Below, piece by piece: positions 23,940 through 34,524 of a stretch of DNA of 63,905 nt. The position numbers and the translations under genes were made by a program. A model generated the notes under the pieces. That model saw nothing but the letters and a program-made list of their open reading frames with translations, had not been told where the DNA came from and made no database searches. The first letter of the stretch is position 1. Each line of letters opens with the position of its first letter. Location: positions 1 to 63,905 of the forward strand of contig NZ_CAJLNI010000001.1 in the NCBI RefSeq assembly GCF_905207935.1, read 5' to 3'. Origin of the DNA: an uncultured Haemophilus sp. Lineage in GTDB: Bacteria > Pseudomonadota > Gammaproteobacteria > Enterobacterales > Pasteurellaceae.

Positions 23940-26900
23940 TTAATGTTGTTCGTTAATGTGACCTTCAATTGGTTTCACATTTTCATCAAATACTGGCAAC
24001 GGCTTGTGTTCGCTTGCAATGTAAGAATAAATCACTGGCAACACGAATAAGGTAAACAATGTACCGATTGCCAAACCAGCTACGATAACGATACCCATAC
24101 TGAAACGAGACACCGCACCCGCACCTGTTGCATAAAGCAACGGTACAAGAGCTGCAATCATCGCAGCGGTTGTCATCAGAATTGGACGTAAACGTACTTT
24201 AGCCGCTTCGGTAATCGCTTCAATACGCGTTTTACCATGATTTAACTGCTCTTCTTTCGCTACTTCACACATCAAAATACCGTGTTTTGTGATAAGTCCG
24301 ACTAAGGTAATCAAACCAACCTGTGAGTAGATATTTAGCGTTGAGCCTGCAATACCCAAAAATCCAAAGGCATTTAAGGCTAATAACGCACCACTTACAG
24401 CTAACGGCACAGAAATCATAATCACGATTGGATCGCGAATTGATTCAAACTGAATTGCCAAGACTAAGAAAATAATCACTACCGCAAGTAAGAACGTTAC
24501 AGCAAGCGCATTACCTTCTTGTACTAACTGACGCGCTTCACTTTTAAAGTCATAGTTATAACCCTGTGGTAAAGTATTTTTCGCATTGTCCTGTAACCAT
24601 TGGATCGCATCACCAATTGAAGTACCTGGCATCGGTACAGCACTAATCACCGCAGAGTTTAACTGGCTGAAACGAGGCAATGTACTTGGTTGTGGTTCCA
24701 ATGTAGCCGTCACCAAGCTGCTTAATGGAACAGAGGTACCATTTGCTGCGGTGATGTAATACTTATTAAAACTTTCCGGAGATAAACGATTGTCACGTTT
24801 TACTTGGGAAATAATTTTGTAAGCTCGACCATCAATATCCACACGTTCAATGGTTGCGGCAGATAAGAAGCTGCCTAACGTACGGCTGATTTGTTGCATT
24901 GTAATACCGTAAGTCCCCGCTTTTTCACGGTCGATCTTAATACGCATTTGAGCCGTATCAAATTTAAGATCAAGATCGGTATAAACAAACTTACTGGATT
25001 TTTGCATATCCTCTAAGAATTTACCCGCCACATTTGCTAAATCACCGTAGTCTTGTGATGTGCTGATCACAAAACCAATTGGAGGACCTTGCTCCCCTGT
25101 ATTAATTTCTGGGAACGCAAAGCCTTGTACAGACACTTCAGGAATAGATTTCGCTTTTTCATTCAGCTCATTCATGATAGCTGTTTGGCTTTTTGAGCGT
25201 TCTTTCCAATCTTTTAAAGTTACAACGTTTAAAGATTGGTTAGAGCTTGGTGCCCCTGAAATCGTCATCGCAAACTGTACTTCTGGCGTATTGGTTAAAA
25301 TCTCTTGATAAGGTGTCATCGCATTTTGCACGTAATCTATGTTTACGTTAGAAGGTGCAGAACCGACCGCTATAAATGCGCCCTTATCTTCTGTAGGTGT
25401 TAATTCACTTGAAAGTGATTTAAACAATACCGGTAAGGTCGCAAAGATAATCGCTGCAAACATCAACATACATTTACGATTAACCATCACCAAATCAAGG
25501 ACATACGCATAAGCTGCATTTACTTTGCTTAGTGTATGCTCTACTCGTTGCTCTAATTTACTTGGCTCCGCATTCGATTTCAGTAACTTGCTGGTCATCA
25601 TTGGTGAAAGCGTTAATGCTACGATACCGGAAATAAATACTGCTCCAGCAAGGGTTAAAGCAAACTCTTTAAACAACGTACCCGTAATACCGCCCATTAA
25701 CGCCATTGGAGAATATACCGCAATCAAGGCTATAGTCATGGAAATAACCGGAACGGCAATTTCACGCGTACCAATAATCGCCGCACGGAATGGTGTTTCA
25801 CCTAACTTAATGTGGCGGTCTACGTTTTCCAATACCACAATCGCATCATCCACCACCAAACCAATGGCTAGAACCAATGCCAGCAAAGTCATCAAGTTAA
25901 TAGAGAAATCAAATGATTGAAGCAACATAATTACCCCGATTAATGAAATCGGAATGGTAATAATTGGGATCAAAATCGCGCGGAATGAACCAATAAACAT
26001 GGTAATCACGACTAATACAATTACCGTTGCTTCAATAATAGTTTTTACTACCTCATCAATCGAATTATTAATCGCAATGGTACGGTCATATAAAATGTCA
26101 GATTGAATAGCATCCGGCAGATTATTTTTGATACTCTCATAAAGTGGACGCACTTTTTCTGCAACGGTTAATGGGTTAGCTGACGAAGTTGGGTTAATCG
26201 CTAATACAACAGAATCTGCGCCATTCGCTACCGCACGTGAGCTATCGCTTGATTTATTTAACTCAATATCAGCGATATCGCGTAAACGTACTAACTTATC
26301 ACCGCTAGACTCTACAATTAAATTACCTAATTCTTCAACCGATTTTGTTGTGGTTTCTACTTTGTTTTTATAGGTTACAAAATAGCCATTATCATTACCC
26401 GCCGCCGTTTGAACGTTATTCGCTGATAATGCAGACATCACTTTTGTGGCTGAAAGGTTTTGAGCCGCCATTTTTTCTGGATCTAACCAAATACGAAGTG
26501 CGTACTCAGATGCACCAAAGATCTGCACACTCGCCACCCCTTCTACAGTAAAGAACTGAGGTTTGACTACGCGTTGAATATAGTCAGTCACTTGGCTTGC
26601 ATCAAGCTTGTCAGAACGGAAACTAATATACATAATCCCCGAACCACCGGTTGATGAAGAAATCGTTGGATCTTCAATACCACTTGGTAATTCAGAACGA
26701 ACTGAGTTAACTTTAGCTAAAACATCTGCCAAGGCCGCATTCGGATCCGTATTTAATTTCATTTTTACGGTGACAGTTGACGTACTTGGGCTAGAGCTTG
26801 AAGACATATAGTCCACATTATCTGCTTGCGCTACCGCCTCTTCAATTTTGGAAGTAACAAACGCTTGAATTAAGTTCGCATCCGCCCCTGGATATGCAGT

Positions 26901-27044
26901 GGTCACCGTAATCACCGTCGTAGTCATTTTCGGATATTCGCGCACAGCCAATTTCGAGATCGCTTGTAAACCTAAAGTAATGATTAACAAGCTAATCGAA
27001 ACCGCCAAAACAGGGCGACGAATAAATATATCGGTAAATCTCAT
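23940..27044 (-). CDS. acrB: RND efflux transporter
   Basis: FIRRPV, IGLVVDDAIVVLEN, RLRPILMTT. Confidence 0.93.
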   Translation of the reverse strand: MRFTDIFIRRPVLAVSISLLIITLGLQAISKLAVREYPKMTTTVITVTTAYPGADANLIQAFVTSKIEEAVAQADNVDYMSSSSSPSTSTVTVKMKLNTDPNAALADVLAKVNSVRSELPSGIEDPTISSSTGGSGIMYISFRSDKLDASQVTDYIQRVVKPQFFTVEGVASVQIFGASEYALRIWLDPEKMAAQNLSATKVMSALSANNVQTAAGNDNGYFVTYKNKVETTTKSVEELGNLIVESSGDKLVRLRDIADIELNKSSDSSRAVANGADSVVLAINPTSSANPLTVAEKVRPLYESIKNNLPDAIQSDILYDRTIAINNSIDEVVKTIIEATVIVLVVITMFIGSFRAILIPIITIPISLIGVIMLLQSFDFSINLMTLLALVLAIGLVVDDAIVVLENVDRHIKLGETPFRAAIIGTREIAVPVISMTIALIAVYSPMALMGGITGTLFKEFALTLAGAVFISGIVALTLSPMMTSKLLKSNAEPSKLEQRVEHTLSKVNAAYAYVLDLVMVNRKCMLMFAAIIFATLPVLFKSLSSELTPTEDKGAFIAVGSAPSNVNIDYVQNAMTPYQEILTNTPEVQFAMTISGAPSSNQSLNVVTLKDWKERSKSQTAIMNELNEKAKSIPEVSVQGFAFPEINTGEQGPPIGFVISTSQDYGDLANVAGKFLEDMQKSSKFVYTDLDLKFDTAQMRIKIDREKAGTYGITMQQISRTLGSFLSAATIERVDIDGRAYKIISQVKRDNRLSPESFNKYYITAANGTSVPLSSLVTATLEPQPSTLPRFSQLNSAVISAVPMPGTSIGDAIQWLQDNAKNTLPQGYNYDFKSEARQLVQEGNALAVTFLLAVVIIFLVLAIQFESIRDPIVIMISVPLAVSGALLALNAFGFLGIAGSTLNIYSQVGLITLVGLITKHGILMCEVAKEEQLNHGKTRIEAITEAAKVRLRPILMTTAAMIAALVPLLYATGAGAVSRFSMGIVIVAGLAIGTLFTLFVLPVIYSYIASEHKPLPVFDENVKPIEGHINEQH

Positions 27045-27057
27045 TCGCTTTTCCTAA

Positions 27058-28254
27058 TTAAAGATTCGTTTTATTTGCAGGTTGTTCTGTACCCACGCCC
27101 GCTTTATCTGCAACAGAAACTAATGCACCATTACTTAAGTTTTGCTGACCACCGGTCACAATTTTATCGCCAACTTTGACTTCATCGCCTTTTAATTGTG
27201 CATAAATACCTTGACGATCTTTCGTAAATACAGTGATTGATTTTGCACGGTACATATTTGCTGCTTTTTCTGCGCCGCCTAATTTCTCAATATCTTCATC
27301 GGAAAGTGCGGTCAAAATATAAAGCGATTCGCCATACATGTTGTAGCTCACCGCTACTTGCGGCACGACGATTTGGTTATGTTCAGTTGGTAACGCGACA
27401 TTTAATCGAGTAAACATACCGGATAATAATTTTGCACCATCTTCCGGCTCAAATGTTGCTTGAACATCGACTAAACCCGTTGAAGAATTAATTGCAGGCT
27501 CAATTGCGGTAACCTTTGCTGCAAAGGTTTCACCTTTACGTGCGTCTGCCGTAGCCGTTACTTTTTGACCAATATGCAATTTATCTAATAGGTTTTGAGC
27601 AATCGCAAAATCCACTTTCATAGAAGAACGATCTTCCACACGCACAATTTCAGTACCGTTTGAAACGTACTGACCGACATTCACTTTCACGATACCGGCT
27701 TTACCATCAAATGGTGCCACGATTTGGCGACGTTCAATCGCCGCTTTTAATGACTCAATATTTGCCGCTTGTGCTTCATAAGCTGCTTTTGCATTATCTA
27801 ATTCTTGACGAGAAACAGCCCCGCTGCCCGCAAGGTTTGCATAACGTTGATAAGTTTGACGTAATGACACCACCTGAGCTTGTGCGGCTTGTAAGCTTGC
27901 ACGCTCAACTGAGCTATCTAACTCAACTAACAAATCACCTTTTTTCACGCTCTGTCCATTTTGCACGAGCACTTTAGACACCGTTCCTGCACTTTGAGCG
28001 CTTAACATCGCCCCTTGATTCGGACGAACAAGACCTGTCGTTTCAATGATTGGCGTCCATTCTGAAGCCTTAACTGTCATTGCAGTCACAGGAGAGGCTG
28101 TTTCTGGTTTATTTGCTAAGAAATCAGCAATGCCTTTTGCCTTCATTTGATTAAGGAAAATCATTGCTGCAAAAATTAACACAAATACGCCTAACGCTAA
28201 TTTCAAAAAGAAAACGTGTGAACGCTTTGGTCTATTAGTTTGAGTTATACTCAT
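27058..28254 (-). CDS. acrA: RND periplasmic adaptor
   Basis: N-terminal TM anchor, lipoyl halves (VKKGDLLVELD, IVAPFDG). Confidence 0.92.
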   Translation of the reverse strand: MSITQTNRPKRSHVFFLKLALGVFVLIFAAMIFLNQMKAKGIADFLANKPETASPVTAMTVKASEWTPIIETTGLVRPNQGAMLSAQSAGTVSKVLVQNGQSVKKGDLLVELDSSVERASLQAAQAQVVSLRQTYQRYANLAGSGAVSRQELDNAKAAYEAQAANIESLKAAIERRQIVAPFDGKAGIVKVNVGQYVSNGTEIVRVEDRSSMKVDFAIAQNLLDKLHIGQKVTATADARKGETFAAKVTAIEPAINSSTGLVDVQATFEPEDGAKLLSGMFTRLNVALPTEHNQIVVPQVAVSYNMYGESLYILTALSDEDIEKLGGAEKAANMYRAKSITVFTKDRQGIYAQLKGDEVKVGDKIVTGGQQNLSNGALVSVADKAGVGTEQPANKTNL

Positions 28255-28284
28255 TTGGAAAACTCCATTAAGACAATAAAATGA

Positions 28285-28863
28285 CTACTTCTGAATTGCA
28301 CGCCAAGAGCGTTCAATGACAGATTCTAACATCACATCGGTAACCGCTATACCGAGAAATTTGTTATCTGAGGCTAAAACTATTGCATTATCTAGACTCA
28401 GCAAAAATAAAATTCGAAGTTCTAAATCAGCTAACACATTTGCTGCTTGTCCCTTGAGACAAAATTGCTTCCAGCATGAATGCTCCATTTCGGAGCTGAT
28501 TTCAATAAACTCCGGCAAAGATTTATACTGGTTCATATTTGATAAAACCGTTGGATTTTCTTGAAGAAAATGCCAAATATTCCACCACATTTTTCTATAT
28601 TGCTCGAAAAAAGATTGGCTTTCATCAAAATCTTCTTCAATCGCCACAACAAACTTATTGAATACTCGACGAGCAAATTGTGCTAATAGCTCGTCTTTAC
28701 TTTTAAAATAAAGATAAATCGTGCCAGCTGCGATGCCTGCTTCCTTGGCTAACTTATGCATCGAAAGATGATGTAATCCTTCTTTTGCCATTAGACGATC
28801 TGTAGCATCAAAGATCTGCTCGCTGACATCAAGCTTCGTTTTAGAGGATTTTACTTGTCGCAT
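28285..28863 (-). CDS. acrR: TetR-family repressor
   Basis: HTH LAKEAGIAAGTIYLYFKSKDEL; upstream of acrA; intact ORF. Confidence 0.9.
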   Translation of the reverse strand: MRQVKSSKTKLDVSEQIFDATDRLMAKEGLHHLSMHKLAKEAGIAAGTIYLYFKSKDELLAQFARRVFNKFVVAIEEDFDESQSFFEQYRKMWWNIWHFLQENPTVLSNMNQYKSLPEFIEISSEMEHSCWKQFCLKGQAANVLADLELRILFLLSLDNAIVLASDNKFLGIAVTDVMLESVIERSWRAIQK

Positions 28864-28927
28864 AATAAAAAATCAAATTCTTAGGGTTATATATGAGGAA
28901 GGTCATTTAAGATGAACACTTAAAATG

Positions 28928-28941
28928 AATGAACGTTCATT
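28928..28941. promoter_or_regulatory. Candidate AcrR operator
   Basis: Perfect 14-bp palindrome AATGAACGTTCATT about 65 bp upstream of acrR. Confidence 0.45.
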
Positions 28942-28979
28942 TTATTGATTTTTCGTTTTTTGGCAAGGAAAAATATAAA

Positions 28980-29009
28980 AAAAGTGCGGTTATTTTTAAC
29001 CGCACTTTT
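28980..29009. terminator. USS-pair terminator after ftsN
   Basis: AAAAGTGCGGTTA-TTTT-TAACCGCACTTTT. Confidence 0.8.
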
Positions 29010-29019
29010 AAATTCTTAA

Positions 29020-29910
29020 TTACATTCCAATCACAACGCAACTTGCCACAGATTTTGCTTTATCTTGTGCAGCTGTTGCGGCATCTCGACTACCAAATGG
29101 TCCCACGCGTACTCGGTTCCATTCTTCACTTGTCGCAATTTGTGCATTCACACCAGCCATCGCAAGGCGACCTTGTAAACTTTCTGCTTGTGCACGATTT
29201 TTAAATGCACCACATTGTAAACCAAATTTTTTGCCGCCAGCCTGTACTTGTTGTTCAGCTGGTTTCGGTTCTGCTTTTTTCGGTTGCTCTGTTTTAGCAG
29301 GTTCCGTTTTTGCTGGTTCCGCCTTCACTACTTCTACTTTTTTCGGAGGTTCAGGCTTTTTAACTGGCTCTGTTTTTTTAACTGGCTCAGGCTTTTTCAC
29401 TTCTGTTTTTGCTGTTTGCTGTGGCTGTGTTGACTGAGCTTGATCTGTCTGTGCTGGTTGAGCTTGCTGTGCTTGAGCCGCGGCTTTTTCCGCATTCGCT
29501 GCTTCTTGCTCTTTACGTTGAGCTTCTAATTTTTTCGCTTCCTCTGCCGCTTTTTGTTCTTTTTCCATTTGAATAAGCACTTGACGCTGCTCTTCCGTCA
29601 AACGCATATTTTTTTCAACAGAAGAAGGATTATTATCCACCGGCACCGTACGGGTTTCTAATTCTTTAATGTAGTGCCACACTTCTTCTGGGCGATTTGG
29701 TAACACACTTTTCGGTTGCGGTTTTTCCGGCTGAACATTTGTCGTCACTACAGGTGCTGGTGTTTTACTTTTTAAGAAGTAAAGCCCTAACCCAAAACCT
29801 AATACCGCCACCAACGCAAGAACAATTAAGGTATTGCGATTAAAACTTTTCTTTGCTTTCTTTTTATTATTTTTTGAGCCGCTTCGACCGGCAAAATCTC
29901 GATGAGCCAC
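29020..29910 (-). CDS. ftsN: Cell division protein FtsN
   Basis: MAHRDFA N-terminus, single TM, WHYIKELE, Q/P/K-rich linker, SPOR domain (LQCGAF, RVRVGPF). Confidence 0.93.
   Translation of the reverse strand: MAHRDFAGRSGSKNNKKKAKKSFNRNTLIVLALVAVLGFGLGLYFLKSKTPAPVVTTNVQPEKPQPKSVLPNRPEEVWHYIKELETRTVPVDNNPSSVEKNMRLTEEQRQVLIQMEKEQKAAEEAKKLEAQRKEQEAANAEKAAAQAQQAQPAQTDQAQSTQPQQTAKTEVKKPEPVKKTEPVKKPEPPKKVEVVKAEPAKTEPAKTEQPKKAEPKPAEQQVQAGGKKFGLQCGAFKNRAQAESLQGRLAMAGVNAQIATSEEWNRVRVGPFGSRDAATAAQDKAKSVASCVVIGM
29270..29405 (-). repeat. Imperfect 18-bp and 15-bp coding tandem repeats in the FtsN linker
   Basis: Encodes KKPEPV-KKTEPV-KKPEPP and KAEPA-KTEPA-KTEQP. Confidence 0.7.
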
Positions 29911-30004
29911 GATAAAATCCTAAAATATTCGATAAATTAAACTTAGAGTATAAAAAAACGCTTAATTCTACTGGAAAACAGTGCATTTTTCTAGGGAATT
30001 TTTG

Positions 30005-32194
30005 CTAACTCAAATCCAATGGATCCACGTCTAAAATCAACCGCACTTGAGAAGACTTTATCAGCTCTGGAGAATATCGACTTAATGCCGCCTGTAATTG
30101 TTTCCGAGAAGCGTGTTGTAATAGCAACTGCCAACGATACTGCCCCGCTTTTTTGCTGAACGGTGCGGGAATCGGCCCCAACACTTGCAAGCCTTCTATT
30201 TTTTGTTCATAGAAGAAAGAGGCTAATTGCGACAATGCATTTTCTGCCTCTTCAGAATGACGACTTTGTGCTTTAAACAATGCCTGGAAACTAAACGGAG
30301 GCAAGCCCATATTATGGCGTAACTTCAGCGTTTCTTCTGCAAAGGCTTGGTAACCCTTTTCAAGCAAGGTAGTTAATAACGGATGATCCGGATAATGAGT
30401 CTGCAAAACCACTTCACCCTGTTTTTCGGCTCTGCCTGAGCGCCCTGCTACTTGTATATAAAGCTGCGCTAAACGTTCTTCGGCTCTGAAATCAAGGGAA
30501 AATAAGGCATTATCTACATTCACTAAAGCAACCAACGTGACATTCGGAAAATGGTGTCCTTTAGCTAACATTTGTGTGCCAATCAAAATCTGACTTTTAC
30601 CTTGCTGAATATCCTCTAAATAACCTTCAAGCTTGCCTTTTCGTGCTGTGCTATCACGATCGATACGAGCAATATTATATTGCGGGAAACGTGCTTTTAG
30701 GGTTTCCTCCAGTTGTTCTGTACCTAAACCCGTCGTGACTAAATGTGTTGAACCACAATGGCCACATTGCATCGGCACTGTTTTTTGTGCGCCACAATGA
30801 TGGCAGCGTAAAATGCGCTGGTATTGGTGATAAGTATAAGGTTTTTCGCAATGATGACACTCATCAATCCAACCACATTCATGACATAACAACACAGGCG
30901 CAAATCCACGTCGATTAAGGAACAACAATACTTGATTGCCTTTTTCTAAGTGTTCTTGCATACGTTTCAATAGCGGTTCGGATAAGCCGTTTTGAATTCG
31001 TTGATGTTTTAAATCAATCACAAACTGGCGAAGTGCGGTCGCATTTCCGGCTCTTTTTGATAAGACCAAATGATGATATTTACCATTTTGTACGTTATTC
31101 ACACTTTCCAAACTTGGTGTGGCAGAACCTAATAAGATAGGAATATTGAGTTTTTGCGCTAAAACAATGCCTAAATCTCTCGCATGATAACGCCAACCAT
31201 CTTGCTGTTTAAACGAGCCGTCATGTTCTTCATCTAAAATGATTAAGCCGAGATCTGAAAACTGGGTGAAAAGTGCCGATCTCGTACCAATTACGATCGC
31301 ACTTTGCCCTGTTCTTGCTCGCTCCCAAACATTTAAACGCTGTGTATCATTCAAGTTGGAATGCAATACATCAATTTCCACATTAAAGCGAGCTTGGAAA
31401 CGTCTCACCGTCTGAGGAGTAAGCCCAATTTCAGGAACAAGGACTAAAACCTGTTTGCCGTTCTTTAAGACTTCTTCAATATACTGCAGATAGATTTCAG
31501 TTTTTCCCGAACCAGTCACGCCCTCTAACAACCACACATTAAAGCCTTCTTGGAAAAGCAACTGGCTAAATGCAAGGGCTTGTTGCTTGTTTAAGGTCAA
31601 TCGGTTATCAAGATTAACTAAAGGATTATCCCCTAGAGCTTGCTGCCAACTTTTTTGTTCAGTAGGCACAATAATCTCTTCCACATAATCTTTGCCTTTA
31701 AGGGCTGACCAAATTGCGGAACTGATCTCATTGTTACCTTTTTCTAGATCTTGCGTTAGCAATAAATTTAAGGCTTCAATTTGTTTTTTGGCTCGTTTTA
31801 ACTCGCCTGATTCTAACGCTTGTTTTCCAAGGTCCGTAATACGCCAAAAAGTGCGGTCATTTTTAACCGCACTTTCTCCATTACGAAGTTTGACTGGCAA
31901 GGCTTGAAACAACACATCGCCTAATGCTGCACGATAATAATTAGCGGACCAAGCTAACCAATCCCAAGTTGTGGAATTAAAAAGTGATTCAGCATCAAGC
32001 ACATCAATAATCGGTTTTAACTTTTCTTTTGCTACATCCGAAGAAGCTGGCAAATCTACCACGATCCCGACTCGTTTTTGCGAACCAAAAGGCACCAACA
32101 CTCGTCCACCAACGATTGGCGTCAAGTCGGGCGAATAGAGATAATCAAAAAATCGGGGAAGCGGTACGGCTAATGCAACTCGGACAATATTCAT
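30005..32194 (-). CDS. priA: Primosomal protein N'
   Basis: GVTGSGKT, DEEH, four CxxC motifs, QVAGRSGR; likely start MNIVRV. Confidence 0.97.
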   Translation of the reverse strand: MNIVRVALAVPLPRFFDYLYSPDLTPIVGGRVLVPFGSQKRVGIVVDLPASSDVAKEKLKPIIDVLDAESLFNSTTWDWLAWSANYYRAALGDVLFQALPVKLRNGESAVKNDRTFWRITDLGKQALESGELKRAKKQIEALNLLLTQDLEKGNNEISSAIWSALKGKDYVEEIIVPTEQKSWQQALGDNPLVNLDNRLTLNKQQALAFSQLLFQEGFNVWLLEGVTGSGKTEIYLQYIEEVLKNGKQVLVLVPEIGLTPQTVRRFQARFNVEIDVLHSNLNDTQRLNVWERARTGQSAIVIGTRSALFTQFSDLGLIILDEEHDGSFKQQDGWRYHARDLGIVLAQKLNIPILLGSATPSLESVNNVQNGKYHHLVLSKRAGNATALRQFVIDLKHQRIQNGLSEPLLKRMQEHLEKGNQVLLFLNRRGFAPVLLCHECGWIDECHHCEKPYTYHQYQRILRCHHCGAQKTVPMQCGHCGSTHLVTTGLGTEQLEETLKARFPQYNIARIDRDSTARKGKLEGYLEDIQQGKSQILIGTQMLAKGHHFPNVTLVALVNVDNALFSLDFRAEERLAQLYIQVAGRSGRAEKQGEVVLQTHYPDHPLLTTLLEKGYQAFAEETLKLRHNMGLPPFSFQALFKAQSRHSEEAENALSQLASFFYEQKIEGLQVLGPIPAPFSKKAGQYRWQLLLQHASRKQLQAALSRYSPELIKSSQVRLILDVDPLDLS

Positions 32195-32307
32195 AACAAA
32201 AAACAATTAAAAATTTTCGCTATTATACGGGAATTAGGTGGAAAAATCCCACAACCTTGCCTTTTAGTGTATAATCGCCGCCAATTTTAATTAAGCGAAT
32301 AAAAACC

Positions 32308-33054
32308 ATGACAGAAGAGCAAAAAACCTTTGCTGATCAAAAACGTAAAACCGTTGAAACGGCTGAATTTACAGAAGATGGTCGTTATAAACGTAAAGTT
32401 CGTAGCTTTGTGTTGCGGACAGGTCGCTTAAGTGATTTTCAAAAAAATATGATGAATGATCACTGGGTTGATCTTGGATTAGATTATCAAAACACCCCTT
32501 TTGATTTTGCCGCGATTTATGGCAATACGAATCCCGTTATATTAGAAATTGGCTTCGGAATGGGGAAATCTTTAGTGGATATGGCAGAAGCAAATCCCGA
32601 TAAAAATTATCTCGGTATTGAAGTGCATACACCTGGTGTGGGTGCCTGTATTGCTTATGCGGTAGAAAAAGGCGTGAAAAACCTTCGCGTGATTTGCCAT
32701 GACGCTACTGAAATTTTACGTGATTGTGTGAAAGACGGCGAATTAGGCGGTTTACAGCTTTTCTTTCCTGATCCTTGGCACAAAGCGAAACATCATAAAC
32801 GCCGTATTGTTCAACCGCACTTTGTAGAGCAAGTCGTCCAAAAATTACAACCAAATGGCTTTATTCATATGGCAACGGACTGGGAAAACTATGCAGAACA
32901 AATGCTCGAAGTGCTTTCAGCTAATGAAAATTTAGTCAATACTGCTGAACAAGATTATATTCCACGTCCTGATTTCCGCCCTCTTACAAAATTTGAGGCG
33001 CGCGGTCATCGATTAGGTCACGGTGTGTGGGATTTATACTTTAAGAAAAAATAA
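32308..33054 (+). CDS. trmB: tRNA (guanine-N7)-methyltransferase
   Basis: [23 protein letters not shown]. Confidence 0.96.
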   Translation: MTEEQKTFADQKRKTVETAEFTEDGRYKRKVRSFVLRTGRLSDFQKNMMNDHWVDLGLDYQNTPFDFAAIYGNTNPVILEIGFGMGKSLVDMAEANPDKNYLGIEVHTPGVGACIAYAVEKGVKNLRVICHDATEILRDCVKDGELGGLQLFFPDPWHKAKHHKRRIVQPHFVEQVVQKLQPNGFIHMATDWENYAEQMLEVLSANENLVNTAEQDYIPRPDFRPLTKFEARGHRLGHGVWDLYFKKK

Positions 33055-33105
33055 TCATCGAGATGATGACTATACCCATTACCTTAACATAGGAGAAAAT
33101 CGAAA

Positions 33106-33447
33106 ATGAAAACTCGTAATCAACGTCAACGTAAAAAACTTCACTTAGCTGAATTCCAAGAATTAGGCTTTTTAGTGAATTGGCAATTTGCTGAAGGAAC
33201 CAGCATCGAAACTATCGATGAAACCGTTGATCGTTTTATTGCTGAAGTGATTCAACCAAACGGCTTAGCTTATGAAGGTAGCGGCTATTTACATTGGGAA
33301 GGCTTAGTTTGCTTAGAGAAAATCGGTAAATGTGATGAAAGCCATCGCCAATTAGTACAAAAATGGTTAGAAGAGAATAAATTGCAACAAATCGAAATCA
33401 GCGAATTATTCGATATTTGGTGGGATTACCCAACAAAAAACGCATAA
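33106..33447 (+). CDS. yggL: YggL (DUF469) protein
   Basis: RQRKKLHLAEFQELGF; adjacent to trmB. Confidence 0.9.
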   Translation: MKTRNQRQRKKLHLAEFQELGFLVNWQFAEGTSIETIDETVDRFIAEVIQPNGLAYEGSGYLHWEGLVCLEKIGKCDESHRQLVQKWLEENKLQQIEISELFDIWWDYPTKNA

Positions 33448-33463
33448 TATTTTAAGCACACTC

Positions 33464-33486
33464 AGGGCGGATCATCCGCCCTATTT
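33464..33486 (+). terminator. Terminator after yggL
   Basis: AGGGCGGAT-C-ATCCGCCCT followed by ATTT. Confidence 0.65.
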
Positions 33487-33550
33487 AATAATCATTTTCA
33501 CTTATTTTTTAACAATTTATTTACACTTCTAATTTCCTTTCAAAATATCC

Positions 33551-33564
33551 TTGATCTACCTCAA
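33551..33564 (+). promoter_or_regulatory. FNR site upstream of napF
   Basis: TTGAT-CTAC-CTCAA, 1 mismatch from TTGAT-N4-ATCAA. Confidence 0.7.
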
Positions 33565-33585
33565 GAAAAGTGTATATTTCTTAAA

Positions 33586-33606
33586 AACTACTCCTTTTAG
33601 GTAGTT
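33586..33606 (+). promoter_or_regulatory. NarP-like inverted heptamer site
   Basis: AAC-TACTCCT-T-TTAGGTA-GTT, about 39 bp downstream of the FNR site. Confidence 0.5.
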
Positions 33607-33668
33607 ACTATTTTGTTATCGGAGCTCGATAATGCTCCCCTTGAAAATACCGAACTTTAAAGAAAAAT

Positions 33669-34211
33669 ATGGCGATTGAAAATCCTTCTCGCAGACAATT
33701 ATTACGTGGGCAATTTTTACAATCGTTACATTCTGAAAACGCTAAAATTCAAGGTATAAATGCTATCCGTCCACCTTGGTCGGTAAACGAAGCAGACTTT
33801 ACAGATAAATGTACTCGATGCGGTGATTGCATACTGGTATGTGAAACCCAAATTATCGTAAAAGGCGATGGCGGCTTTCCTGAAATACAATTTGACAAAG
33901 GCGAATGCACTTTCTGCCAAAAATGTGTTTTAGTCTGTGAACAACCGATTTTTCACTCATTAGAAGAAAAGCCTTGGACACATAAAGTTGAGATTACAAC
34001 GCAGTGCCTCACAGAAAATCGAGTGGAATGTCGAAGTTGCCAAGATAGCTGTCCGATGAATGCCATCCGTTTTCGATTACAGCTTGGTGGTGTGGCAAAA
34101 CCCATTTTAGATTTAGAAAGCTGTAATGGTTGTGGCGCTTGCCTAAGTGTTTGCCCAACAAAAGCAATAAAAATTTTTAATATTGAAACAAATACAGATG
34201 AGTCAATTTAG
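33669..34211 (+). CDS. napF: Ferredoxin-type protein NapF
   Basis: SRRQLLRG, RPPW, four Fe-S Cys clusters. Confidence 0.95.
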   Translation: MAIENPSRRQLLRGQFLQSLHSENAKIQGINAIRPPWSVNEADFTDKCTRCGDCILVCETQIIVKGDGGFPEIQFDKGECTFCQKCVLVCEQPIFHSLEEKPWTHKVEITTQCLTENRVECRSCQDSCPMNAIRFRLQLGGVAKPILDLESCNGCGACLSVCPTKAIKIFNIETNTDESI

Positions 34212-34461
34212 CGAAAATGAAAACTGGTATGTATGCAGCATTGTTGTGCAAGCCAAACCAGAAAAACTTAACCAAGTCAAAGAAGCCATTTTAGCGATTC
34301 CAACTGCTGAAATTCATGGCGAAAAATCTGATGAAGGCAAATTGGTGGTCACCCTTGAAAGTAACCGTCAATTAGCATTAGCGGATCTTATGGATGAAAT
34401 TAAAGATATCCCAGGAGTGATTGTCGTGTCTTTAATTTCTAATTACTTAGATGAAAAATAA
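34198..34461 (+). CDS. napD: NapA chaperone
   Basis: CSIVVQAKP, GKLVVTLE; operon position; likely start MSQFSE. Confidence 0.92.
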   Translation: MSQFSENENWYVCSIVVQAKPEKLNQVKEAILAIPTAEIHGEKSDEGKLVVTLESNRQLALADLMDEIKDIPGVIVVSLISNYLDEK

Positions 34462-34524
34462 ATAATTTAGGAATACATACTCTTTTGTATATTCTAAAAA
34501 ATTCAACAACGAGTGGGGAAAACT

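Noticed and set aside
26082..26084. AcrB Arg-to-Ser macrolide-resistance change or acrR truncation
   Set aside because: The likely equivalent residue (Arg321 in LYDRT; numbering offset assumed) is Arg, and acrR is uninterrupted
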